Assembly: GCA_965208125.1 (NCBI GenBank)
Contig: OZ242320.1
Location: 1,536,001 to 1,600,000, forward strand
Length of the DNA: 64,000 nucleotides
Source: Candidatus Latescibacterota bacterium
GTDB taxonomy: Bacteria; Latescibacterota; UBA2968
Direction: 5' to 3'
The translations under genes were made by a program, and so were the position numbers. Under the pieces are notes generated by a model. It ran no database searches, was not told the origin of the DNA, and worked only from the letters and a program-made list of their open reading frames with translations. Shown here piece by piece: positions 50,044 to 58,813 of the stretch (position 1 is the first letter of the stretch; each line of letters begins with the position of its first letter).

Positions 50044-50982
50044 ATGCTACGAAATATCTCCCTACAATCTGCCCTCGACACCACGCCCGCGTCAATATCC
50101 ATCGACATGGCCCGATTGATGCAGGCCAGCATCGCGCCCAACACGGCGAAGGCGTACCACACTGCTCTTGACAAGCTGACCAAATATTTGAACGGGCGGC
50201 CACCAACCGACGGGACACTGGCCGACTACTTAGCCCACTTATATGCCAGAGGACTGGCGCCCGCTTCTATCGCCTTAGTGGTGCAAGCCATCCGCTTTTG
50301 GGAAAAAATAGAAGGCCGTCCATCGAGTGTTGGCCCGTTGACGACTCGCACCCTGGCCGGAATCCGCCGCGAAGGTCGAGGACGAGGCCGCGGCCAGGTA
50401 ACTGGATTGACCCGAGAGACGGTCAAACTCATGGCTCATAACGCCACCAAGACCGGCACCCTGGCCGGATTGAGAGACGCCGCCCTGTTGCGCGTGATGA
50501 GCGACGCCCTGTTGAGGATCGGCGAGGCTGTAGCCATCGACTGCGAGCACATCACGACCGAAGCCGACGGTACCGGACGACTTGAGATCCATCAGAGCAA
50601 AACCGACCAGAATGGGAAAGGCACGAGCCTCTACTTGACCACCCGCACCATTGATGCCATCCGCCAGTTGCAGGCCCGCGCTGGCTACAAGACCGGCCCT
50701 CTCTTTCGTCGGATGTTAAAGGGCGACCACATGAGCAACAACCGCTTGACAGTCGATGGTGCGCGATTAGCCATCAAAGCGTCCGCAAAGCAAGCCGGTA
50801 TTGCGGGCGTAAGCGGCCACAGCCTCCGAATTGGAACTGCCCAGGAGCTTGCCCAGCGCGGCGCTACCCTGGTCGAGTTGCAGAACGCCGGCCGCTGGAC
50901 AGATAGCCAGATGCCAGCCCACTATACCCGCAATCAGGCCGCAGGTAAGGGAGCCGTGGCCCGCTTGCTGCGAGATGACTAA
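50044..50982 (+). CDS. Cre-like tyrosine recombinase
   Basis: RDAALL..ALLRIGE (R), SKTDQ (K), SGHSLRIG (H-x-x-R), AGRW (W), HYTR (Y), C-terminal GAVARLL; AGGAG RBS. Confidence 0.92.
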   Translation: MLRNISLQSALDTTPASISIDMARLMQASIAPNTAKAYHTALDKLTKYLNGRPPTDGTLADYLAHLYARGLAPASIALVVQAIRFWEKIEGRPSSVGPLTTRTLAGIRREGRGRGRGQVTGLTRETVKLMAHNATKTGTLAGLRDAALLRVMSDALLRIGEAVAIDCEHITTEADGTGRLEIHQSKTDQNGKGTSLYLTTRTIDAIRQLQARAGYKTGPLFRRMLKGDHMSNNRLTVDGARLAIKASAKQAGIAGVSGHSLRIGTAQELAQRGATLVELQNAGRWTDSQMPAHYTRNQAAGKGAVARLLRDD

Positions 50983-51171
50983 GAGAGATAGAGACGTTAT
51001 GAGTGCCCGACGACCTCTCTTGTCAGTAGTAAATTTAAGACGCAGGACTTTCTGCAAAATATCTCCTCAAAAACGGAATATGAAAAATTTTAACAACCAT
51101 TAAAACTTTTTCCCTCAACCAAACGTCTTGAAAGATGAACAACACACAGAACCCCAAACACGGTCCACCGA

Positions 51172-51732
51172 ATGAACGATGCGGAATTGATTGCCCAGTT
51201 CCGAGCCGGGCAAATCGCGGCCTTTAACACCCTGGTCAAACGCTGGGAGTGTCCGATCTACAACTTTGTCCTGCGCTATGTGGGCAATCGCGACGACGCG
51301 CGCGACCTGTGTCAGCAAACCTTTATCCGCGCGTATAAAAACATGCGGCGCTTGCGCGACCCCGACAAATTCACCTCGTGGATCTATCAAATCGCGCTCA
51401 ACGCCTGCCGCGACGCTGGCCGCCGTCGCAGCCTCGTCTCCCTCGACACACTCGACACCCCTATAGCAGACACAACAACGCCCCCAGACGCGCTGATACA
51501 CGAACAAAGTGTTCGGGACCTGCTCAACCGCGCACTGCAAAACTTGCCCGAAGAACAGCGCATCGTCATCATCATGAAAGAATATCAGGGACTAAAATTC
51601 ACCGAAATTGCCGAAACACTCAAAGTGCCCATCAACACCGTCAAATCCAGAATGTATTACGGCCTCTCTGCCCTCAAAAAAATCTTTGACCGCTGGCACA
51701 TCAGCGAGGACATGGTGCGTTATGAACTGTGA
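51172..51732 (+). CDS. ECF RNA polymerase sigma factor
   Basis: DARDLCQQTFIRAY, FTSWIYQIALN, EIAETL.VPINTVKSR. Confidence 0.95.
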   Translation: MNDAELIAQFRAGQIAAFNTLVKRWECPIYNFVLRYVGNRDDARDLCQQTFIRAYKNMRRLRDPDKFTSWIYQIALNACRDAGRRRSLVSLDTLDTPIADTTTPPDALIHEQSVRDLLNRALQNLPEEQRIVIIMKEYQGLKFTEIAETLKVPINTVKSRMYYGLSALKKIFDRWHISEDMVRYEL

Positions 51733-52468
51733 CATCACCCGCGAACAAATAGTCGCCTACCTCTACGACGAAGACATCCGTCCAGAAGCGCGTGAACGCC
51801 TCAAAGTACACATCGAAACCTGCCCATTATGCAGCCAAACCCTTGAAGAACTGGGCAGCACATCCCGCATCCTCAATGCCTGGGGCGACGAAAAACCCGA
51901 CATGGACCTCGTCTTTGTACAGGAACGCCAAACCCTCTGGCAAAACCTGCTCCCCACGCGATACCCCAAAACCTGGGCAACTGCAGGCGTAGCCATCGCC
52001 GCAATCCTCATCTTCACCTTTCTCAACATCGAATTTGCCATACGAGACGGCGCATTCCACACCTCTATCGGCCTGCGATCCAGCGATCCTCCCGAGCAAA
52101 TCGCCATCACCGACACCACTGAAGCCCCCTCATTAGACGCCCCCATCACCCTCGGCGAATTTATCATCCATCAACAAAACTTGATCGACTACACCAATCG
52201 CCTCGTCCAAACATCGCAAAACCAGCAACGCAATGAAATCAACAACACTTTTATCCGCCTCGTAGGCGAACTCGAAACCCAACGTCAACAGGACCTCCTG
52301 CGCATAGACCGCGGGCTACAAATCCTCTACAACACACAGGAAACCCGCTATGGTCACATCCTGCGACAAATAGCTCCTGTTTATAATAAAGAAGCTGTTG
52401 AAGTTAAAGAAATCCCCATAGATAACCGACCATACCGCACGATTCCCACAAGAGGGAAAACCCCATGA
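51722..52468 (+). CDS. Zinc-finger (zf-HC2) transmembrane anti-sigma factor
   Basis: MNC...HIETCPLC, one TM helix; overlaps the sigma gene end. Confidence 0.85.
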   Translation: MNCDITREQIVAYLYDEDIRPEARERLKVHIETCPLCSQTLEELGSTSRILNAWGDEKPDMDLVFVQERQTLWQNLLPTRYPKTWATAGVAIAAILIFTFLNIEFAIRDGAFHTSIGLRSSDPPEQIAITDTTEAPSLDAPITLGEFIIHQQNLIDYTNRLVQTSQNQQRNEINNTFIRLVGELETQRQQDLLRIDRGLQILYNTQETRYGHILRQIAPVYNKEAVEVKEIPIDNRPYRTIPTRGKTP

Positions 52469-52827
52469 AACGCGAAATCGGAAAACTCGCAGTACTGATG
52501 ACAGCGCCGATCATGCTATCTCTCGTCTGGAATATTCACGCATCTGACAAAACGCTATCATCGGACACACGGGTAAAAACCGCGCAACTCGATACCCTAT
52601 CAATCCCTCATACTGCACAACTCGATTCCTTGAGCAAGGCACTCTCCGATTCCATACGCAGAAGAGTTAGAATTCTTATCTCAGAACGCCACAACCCCAA
52701 CGCCCGCGACCTGCTTCTCCGCCCGGCTGACAAAGCCAGCTATACCACAAGCGACCTGCTCCTCAGACCCAATGACAACATCAATTCTATATTTATCTCG
52801 CGTCATCCCACGCGAGTACAACGCTAA
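52465..52827 (+). CDS. Hypothetical exported protein
   Basis: ATGA overlap, signal-like N-terminus, repeated DLLLRP. Confidence 0.55.
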   Translation: MKREIGKLAVLMTAPIMLSLVWNIHASDKTLSSDTRVKTAQLDTLSIPHTAQLDSLSKALSDSIRRRVRILISERHNPNARDLLLRPADKASYTTSDLLLRPNDNINSIFISRHPTRVQR

Positions 52828-52841
52828 AAGGAGATATTTCA

Positions 52842-54059
52842 ATGTATCACTCTCATCTACTAAAAATCGCAATCATTGTTCAGATATTTGCTACAAGTGT
52901 AATCGCCCAGGAGATCTCAACTGAGAAGGTCAAAGAAGTGTTGGTTATGAATGTAATGGGAACGCAGAGCCTGATCGGACAGACTGCGCCAGAGTTGGAC
53001 ATCGAAAAATTTCTACAAGCACCAGAAGGAGAAAAAAGCTTATCGGCATTAAAGGGCAAAGTTGTCGTCCTGGAATTTTGGGCAACCTGGTGTGCCCCCT
53101 GTGTGGCAGCAATCCCACATCTGAACCAGTTAAACGAGGAATTTCGCGACAAGCAGGTACAGTTTATCTCAGTAACAGATGAAGGCGAAGACGTAATTGC
53201 GCCATTTCTAAAACGACAAGAAATGAAATCGTGGATTGGACTGGACACGGACCGGTCGGTTTTCGAAGCTTATGGTGTTAAAGGAATCCCACGGACATTT
53301 TTGATCAACCAGGAGGGCATAATCGCCGCATCACTCCACCCGGCAGGGCTCTCATCTGACATGATCGAAAAGGTCATCGCGGGAGAAAAAATAGAACGTC
53401 CCAAATTGCCAAAACCGAGAACTGTCGAAAGCGAAGGCACCGACCCCATCTTCAAAATATCGATAGCACCTACAGAAAAAGAAGGTGGCCGTAGTTCAAG
53501 CAAAATTTCAAAAGGATACAAACAGCAGGAAGCAGAGAGCAGGACATTGCACCAGATTTTAAGCATGGCTTATGGCGTTCCCCAAACGCGGATTACAGGT
53601 CCAAAGGCACTTTTAGAGTCACGGTACGAGATTTCAGTCAGACTGCCGACCAATCAGTTCGAATTGCTATTCCAACAAGCATTGACTGCATCGCTACAAT
53701 TGCGCGTTTCCAACCAGAAAAAACCTGTTGAAGTCCTCGTACTCACGGCTGGAGAAGACAGCGCAGAAAAATTGAAGCCCACAGTAATGGGTTCAGGGGG
53801 ATCTATGACAATGGGTGGACGTGGCAAGATAAAGACAATGAACGGTGAAATCAGCAGACTGGCGCAATCATTGGAACATGTTTTGGAACGTGTCGTAGAG
53901 GATGGTACCGGGATAGAAGGAAAATACGACTGGGAACTCACCTATGACGAAGACGATCCCAATTCCGTGATCGCAGTCTTAGAAGAACAACTCGGTTTAC
54001 AAGTTCGGAAAGAACAGCGGGAGATAGAGTTTTTGGTTGTGAATGATGCCAGTGATTGA
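52842..54059 (+). CDS. TlpA-like redoxin fused to a TIGR03435/DUF3738-like domain
   Basis: EFWATWCAPC; C-terminal ERVVEDGTGIEGKYDWEL...LEEQLGLQV. Confidence 0.8.
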   Translation: MYHSHLLKIAIIVQIFATSVIAQEISTEKVKEVLVMNVMGTQSLIGQTAPELDIEKFLQAPEGEKSLSALKGKVVVLEFWATWCAPCVAAIPHLNQLNEEFRDKQVQFISVTDEGEDVIAPFLKRQEMKSWIGLDTDRSVFEAYGVKGIPRTFLINQEGIIAASLHPAGLSSDMIEKVIAGEKIERPKLPKPRTVESEGTDPIFKISIAPTEKEGGRSSSKISKGYKQQEAESRTLHQILSMAYGVPQTRITGPKALLESRYEISVRLPTNQFELLFQQALTASLQLRVSNQKKPVEVLVLTAGEDSAEKLKPTVMGSGGSMTMGGRGKIKTMNGEISRLAQSLEHVLERVVEDGTGIEGKYDWELTYDEDDPNSVIAVLEEQLGLQVRKEQREIEFLVVNDASD

Positions 54060-54089
54060 TGCAGATACCCCTCGAAAGGAGAACTCAAA

Positions 54090-55352
54090 ATGAAACACAT
54101 CGTGACAAAAATCGTGCAAACCATCCTCTTTGCAGGAATAGCTCTCTTTGCCTTTTGCACTTCGGCCCTCGCCGACATGGACTGGAAACGCATGAAACGC
54201 GACCTCTCCATTCAGGAAAGCATACTCGACCAATTTTTTGACACAACAAAAGGTTCCACAACAGGTCTTTATATCGAAAACCACGGCGTCTTGCTCATTG
54301 CCAGCGGCGGGGTAAAACCTGAGATTCGAGTGCGTACGATCCGCAACAAAGGCAGAAGTCTCGACATTGCCATACCCCACAAGGATGTTTGGCAAACACA
54401 AAAGAGTGGAGGCGACAAAAGCAGTGAAAATCAAGAGGAAGAAATCCTCGAATTTTCTATGACCGAAAAAAAACCAGAAGCTGCTCAAAGTGCAAAGAAA
54501 GATCAAAATGAAGCCCTAAAAAAACAAATCACCGAATTTTTAAGCATCTATGGAAATGCCATTGGACAACTTAAAGATGACAACCGCGTAACCGTTCTCT
54601 TGTACCCAGCAGAACATAGCTCTCTCGTCAAATTTATCGTCCATGCCGACTCCACCCATGCCGATAAAATACATATCAAACAATCCACAATAGATCGAAG
54701 CGGTGATATTCAATTTGAAATAAAAGCCTTCATGGAGGAAGCCAAAAAACAGATAGAGGAAGTCTCCAAACACATTAAAATTGTCACCCCCAAGCGTATT
54801 CTCCTCGAAGCCACCATCACCAAACGCGACATCGACGCGTACAACCGCAGTAAAATTGACGAACAAACCTTTCAGGATCGAATCACCTTTCGCGAGCACA
54901 AACCACAGCCAGCACGCGACAAAACAATCGACATCATGGCCGATATTTTGACCAACATTCTAAAAAAAGATACGGATCTTCACTTCTTGAGTGGCACTCA
55001 ATGCACGGGCTTCTACCAAAAAGGCATAGGCGCGCTCTTTCTCGTCTCGCAAAAACCCTCCCTGTTACACTTCGAACCCAAGAACATCAACACACTCAAA
55101 GCCGCAGTCATAGCAACCCTTGCCGACTATGGTCCCACCCTGCGCGGCTTATCGCCAGAGGAATCCATCATCGTTCACGCCAACCTCATCGGGCAGAGCC
55201 ACTACAAAATCGGCCAAAAAGACAAAACAGCCGATATTAAACCTCCTGACCGCATCCTCTTCCGCGTTGCCAAACGCGACATTGAAGCCTACACCAGTCA
55301 AAAAATTGACCTCGACACATTCAAAAAAAGAGTTGTAATTACTGAGATGTGA
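54090..55352 (+). CDS. Hypothetical secreted protein with an internal duplication
   Basis: Signal peptide; two KRDI.AY...KID..TF..R segments. Confidence 0.7.
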   Translation: MKHIVTKIVQTILFAGIALFAFCTSALADMDWKRMKRDLSIQESILDQFFDTTKGSTTGLYIENHGVLLIASGGVKPEIRVRTIRNKGRSLDIAIPHKDVWQTQKSGGDKSSENQEEEILEFSMTEKKPEAAQSAKKDQNEALKKQITEFLSIYGNAIGQLKDDNRVTVLLYPAEHSSLVKFIVHADSTHADKIHIKQSTIDRSGDIQFEIKAFMEEAKKQIEEVSKHIKIVTPKRILLEATITKRDIDAYNRSKIDEQTFQDRITFREHKPQPARDKTIDIMADILTNILKKDTDLHFLSGTQCTGFYQKGIGALFLVSQKPSLLHFEPKNINTLKAAVIATLADYGPTLRGLSPEESIIVHANLIGQSHYKIGQKDKTADIKPPDRILFRVAKRDIEAYTSQKIDLDTFKKRVVITEM

Positions 55353-55357
55353 AAAGC

Positions 55358-55436
55358 ACCTACCCCCTAACCCCCTTCCTACGAGGAAGGGGGGATCAGG
55401 TCTCCCCGTCCCGGGGAGGGGCCGGGGGAGGGGTCA
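55358..55436. repeat. GC-rich REP-like palindromic element (CCCCCT...GGGAGGGG type)
   Basis: ccccttcct.cg.aggaagggg and ctcccc..ggggag hairpins in the intergenic gap. Confidence 0.45.
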
Positions 55437-55463
55437 AAATGCGTTTTAAGACAGCTTGTAAAC

Positions 55464-55497
55464 AAAAATCCCACCCTGAACTCAGGATGGGATTTTT
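55464..55497. terminator. Bidirectional terminator-like hairpin
   Basis: aaaaatccca.cctga..tcagg.tgggattttt. Confidence 0.75.
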
Positions 55498-55607
55498 CAT
55501 TTCTATCAGCAAATTTCCCGTAGCTTTTTAGTATCTAATTCTCTACATTTCTCTATGGGACTGGCGGGTGTGTATTATTCCCCAAAATTTTGGAAAGGAG
55601 ACGCCCC

Positions 55608-56579
55608 ATGTATCGCTCTCATCTACTAAAAATCGCAATCATTGTTCAGATATTTGCTACAAATGTAATAGCGCAGGAGAGCCTGATTGGACAGGCTGCG
55701 CCAGAATTGGGCATTGAAAAATTTCTACAAGCACCAGAAGGTGAAAAAAGCTTATCCGCATTACAGGGCAAAGTCGTCGTCCTGGAATTTTGGGCAACAT
55801 GGTGCGCTCCCTGTGTGGCAGCAATCCCACATCTGAACCAGTTAAACGAAGAATTTCGCGATAAGCCGGTGCAATTTATATCCGTAACCCATGAAGGTGA
55901 AGACGTGGTTGCACCATTTCTGAAAAAGAAAGAAATGAAATCGTGGATTGGACTGGACACGGATCGGTCAGTCTTCAAAGCTTATGGTATCAGGAGCATC
56001 CCACGGACATTTGTGATCGACCAAAAAGGCATAATCGCCGCGTCGTTCCATCCAACAGAACTCTCATCTGTCCTGCTTGAAAAGGCCCTCAAGGGAGAAA
56101 AAGTAGAAATAGAGCTTCCCGAATTGCCAAAACCGACCGAACTCATCTCCAATTTTGCTGGTACAGAAAAGCTCCAAATGCGCAATGTACATTGGGGCAT
56201 GACAGTGGAAGAATTGAAAAAAGCGGAAGATTGGAAACTGCTTCCAGGACACAGAGGCACAACAACGGCTCCCTATGGTCAATTCAAGGCTTTGAGATAT
56301 TCAGGCACATTATCTGGTTTGAATGTCGATCTTTCCTATTGGTTCTATCGAGATGAGGTGGGCACGTACAGATTGCGTAGGGCCTCATATCGCATCGCAG
56401 AAGATCCAGACAAAAAAGCCTTTCAAATGTTCAAAGATGAATTCAATCTGAAGTACGGGGCAGGTAGGCCATATAGGAGGGATTCGTCCAACTATCTCAG
56501 TTGGGAGCAGACCGAAGATACAGGATTAAGCCTTAGATGGGAAGACGACAGAACCAGCATCAGTATGAGGCAGAGATGA
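55608..56579 (+). CDS. Second TlpA-like redoxin with a different C-terminal domain
   Basis: N-terminal ~160 aa nearly identical to the 52842 gene (WCAPC); unrelated C-terminus. Confidence 0.8.
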   Translation: MYRSHLLKIAIIVQIFATNVIAQESLIGQAAPELGIEKFLQAPEGEKSLSALQGKVVVLEFWATWCAPCVAAIPHLNQLNEEFRDKPVQFISVTHEGEDVVAPFLKKKEMKSWIGLDTDRSVFKAYGIRSIPRTFVIDQKGIIAASFHPTELSSVLLEKALKGEKVEIELPELPKPTELISNFAGTEKLQMRNVHWGMTVEELKKAEDWKLLPGHRGTTTAPYGQFKALRYSGTLSGLNVDLSYWFYRDEVGTYRLRRASYRIAEDPDKKAFQMFKDEFNLKYGAGRPYRRDSSNYLSWEQTEDTGLSLRWEDDRTSISMRQR

Positions 56580-56614
56580 TGTATGAAACCTATTACTTTA
56601 AAAGGAAATTGTCC

Positions 56615-58030
56615 ATGTCTATAGCTTCATCTGGTATGTTTTGCAAAGTGTTGACAATCGCTATCCTGGTACACTCGGGCGTCTCGGCTCAAGCGCAGGA
56701 CAAGATCGCGGGCGTCTGGCACGGAGAAATCAAAATCCCCGGACAGCCTCTCGCTGTAAAGGTCGTTCTCACTCGCGCCGACGCGGACTGGACCGGCACC
56801 ATCGACATCCCGGCTCAGGGCGCGAAAGACCTTCCGCTCATCGGCATCAACGTCGAAACTGACGAAACAGACACACAGATCACATTCGCAATACGCGGCG
56901 TACCGGGCAACCCGACCTTCGAGGGCCGCCTGCAGAACGATGGTGTCATACTCGGCACATTCTCCCAGGGCGGCGCACGCCTGGACTTTCAACTCTCACG
57001 CGATAGTGCCGGACCAGCGAGACCTCAGGAACCCAAAGCACCGTTCCCCTACCAGATTGAAGAAGCAACATTCGAACGCGATACAGTAGGCTTCGCCGGC
57101 ACATTGACCATCCCCTCGAGCACAGGCCCCTTTCCAGCAGTATTACTCATCTCGGGCAGCGGACCGCAGAACCGCGACAGCGAAATATTCGGTCACAAAC
57201 CCTTCCTCGTAATCGCCGACCATCTGACACGAGCCGGAATCGCCGTACTCCGGGTTGACGACCCGGGCGTCGGCGGATCCACGGCGCATCCGCACTCCCC
57301 CACAGCCTCGGATTTTGCCGACAACGCCATCGCTGCCATTGATTTCCTGAAGCGCGACAGCCGCATCAACCCCGATCAAATCGGCCTCATCGGACACAGC
57401 GAAGGCGGTATCGTCGCGCCCCTAACCGCCACTCGCGGAAAAGGCGTCGCCTTCATCGTATTGCTGGCGGCACCGGGTGTTCCCGGAGACAAAATGATGA
57501 GAAAGCAGAACGAACGCATCCTGGATGCTGCTGGCATCGCAGGCGAGCAAAAAGAGGTGCGCCTCGCGCTTTTCGATCAGCTATCCACAGCTTTAACCTC
57601 GGATTTATCCGAAGCCGAGGTGCGTCAGAAGGTCGAGGAAATCGTGCGACAACAATTCGAGACCAACGGTATTCCCCGCACACAACAGGACGAGACCCAG
57701 GTCAGGATGGCCGTTGAACAAGCGATCAGTCCCGGGATGCGTTACATACTCGCTTACGATCCCCGTCCTGCACTCGAAAAGATTACCGTTCCCGTACTCG
57801 CATTAAACGGCGAATTGGACACCCAGGTAGATGCAGAGCAAAACCTCGTCGCCATTGCTGCGGCACTGGAGAACAACAGCAACGTCACGATTCACCGCCT
57901 GCCAGAACTCAACCACTTATTTCAACATGCCAGAACAGGACTCATTGGCGAGTACGGTGTGATCGAAGAAACCATATCGCCGGAAGTCCTGGACCTGATC
58001 CGCGACTGGATCCTGACCATCACCCAATGA
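56615..58030 (+). CDS. Secreted alpha/beta hydrolase
   Basis: LISGSGPQNRD, GHSEGG, NGELDTQV, LNHLFQ; start uncertain. Confidence 0.88.
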   Translation: MSIASSGMFCKVLTIAILVHSGVSAQAQDKIAGVWHGEIKIPGQPLAVKVVLTRADADWTGTIDIPAQGAKDLPLIGINVETDETDTQITFAIRGVPGNPTFEGRLQNDGVILGTFSQGGARLDFQLSRDSAGPARPQEPKAPFPYQIEEATFERDTVGFAGTLTIPSSTGPFPAVLLISGSGPQNRDSEIFGHKPFLVIADHLTRAGIAVLRVDDPGVGGSTAHPHSPTASDFADNAIAAIDFLKRDSRINPDQIGLIGHSEGGIVAPLTATRGKGVAFIVLLAAPGVPGDKMMRKQNERILDAAGIAGEQKEVRLALFDQLSTALTSDLSEAEVRQKVEEIVRQQFETNGIPRTQQDETQVRMAVEQAISPGMRYILAYDPRPALEKITVPVLALNGELDTQVDAEQNLVAIAAALENNSNVTIHRLPELNHLFQHARTGLIGEYGVIEETISPEVLDLIRDWILTITQ

Positions 58031-58058
58031 TCGTTAGCACCCCATCTATATGAACAAC

Positions 58059-58727
58059 TCAATTCCCGCCACCGCCGCGACCACCGCCGCGACCACCTTC
58101 ACCACCACGTCCACCACCGCGACGACCTTGCTGACCCCGCGCCTGTCTGGGCGGACCCGCTTCAATCGTGATATTCACCCGCACCTCATCCCCCAGCACA
58201 TTGGCAAAATTCGCCCAGCTATTCACGCCAAAATCCGAACACAACAGCGTCAACTCCGTCTCAAAACCGGCCAGAGGCGTATTGCGCTGCGGATGCGTAC
58301 CAATGCCGAGCACCGTCACCGGCAACGTAACACTCTTCGTCACCCCGTGCATCGTCAAATCGCCCGTCACCAGAATTTTTTCACCCTCCTTCACAGCCGA
58401 CGTACTCTTAAACGCGATCGTCGGATACGTCTCCACCTCAAAGAAATCTGGTCCGCGCAAATGATCGTCGCGCCGCTGATTCCCCGTATCGATACTCCGC
58501 GTCTGAATCGTCGTTTCAATCATCATCTTCTCGGGCGCGGCAGGATCGTAATCAATCGTGCCGCCAAACTGATTAAACCGACCCGCCGTACGGCTCACAA
58601 AATGCCGAATCGAAAACCCGACCGACGAATGTGACCGATCAATCTGGTACTTCTCGGCAAAACCCGTATCCGCCATCACAAGCGATGACACCAGCCCCAA
58701 ACACAACAAACGAATGAATCTCAACAT
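58059..58727 (-). CDS. YceI family polyisoprenoid-binding protein with a Gly/Arg-rich tail
   Basis: IDRSHSSVGF.IRH, SIDTG..RRDDHLR..DFF, GDLTMHGVTK. Confidence 0.92.
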   Translation of the reverse strand: MLRFIRLLCLGLVSSLVMADTGFAEKYQIDRSHSSVGFSIRHFVSRTAGRFNQFGGTIDYDPAAPEKMMIETTIQTRSIDTGNQRRDDHLRGPDFFEVETYPTIAFKSTSAVKEGEKILVTGDLTMHGVTKSVTLPVTVLGIGTHPQRNTPLAGFETELTLLCSDFGVNSWANFANVLGDEVRVNITIEAGPPRQARGQQGRRGGGRGGEGGRGGGRGGGGN

Positions 58728-58780
58728 TACTACCCTCCTGTGAAAATTACCCCCGGCTCTATATTAACCAAAACGACACA

Positions 58781-58808
58781 CGGGCGGGCACAGGGGCACC
58801 GCCCCTAC
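58781..58808. repeat. GTAG-type REP
   Basis: cgggcgggcacaggggcaccgcccctac. Confidence 0.75.
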
Positions 58809-58813
58809 GTACT

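Noticed and set aside
50044-50982. Recombinase as a prophage or ICE integrase
   Set aside because: No phage, conjugation or excisionase genes and no direct att repeats nearby; no N-terminal arm-binding domain is evident.
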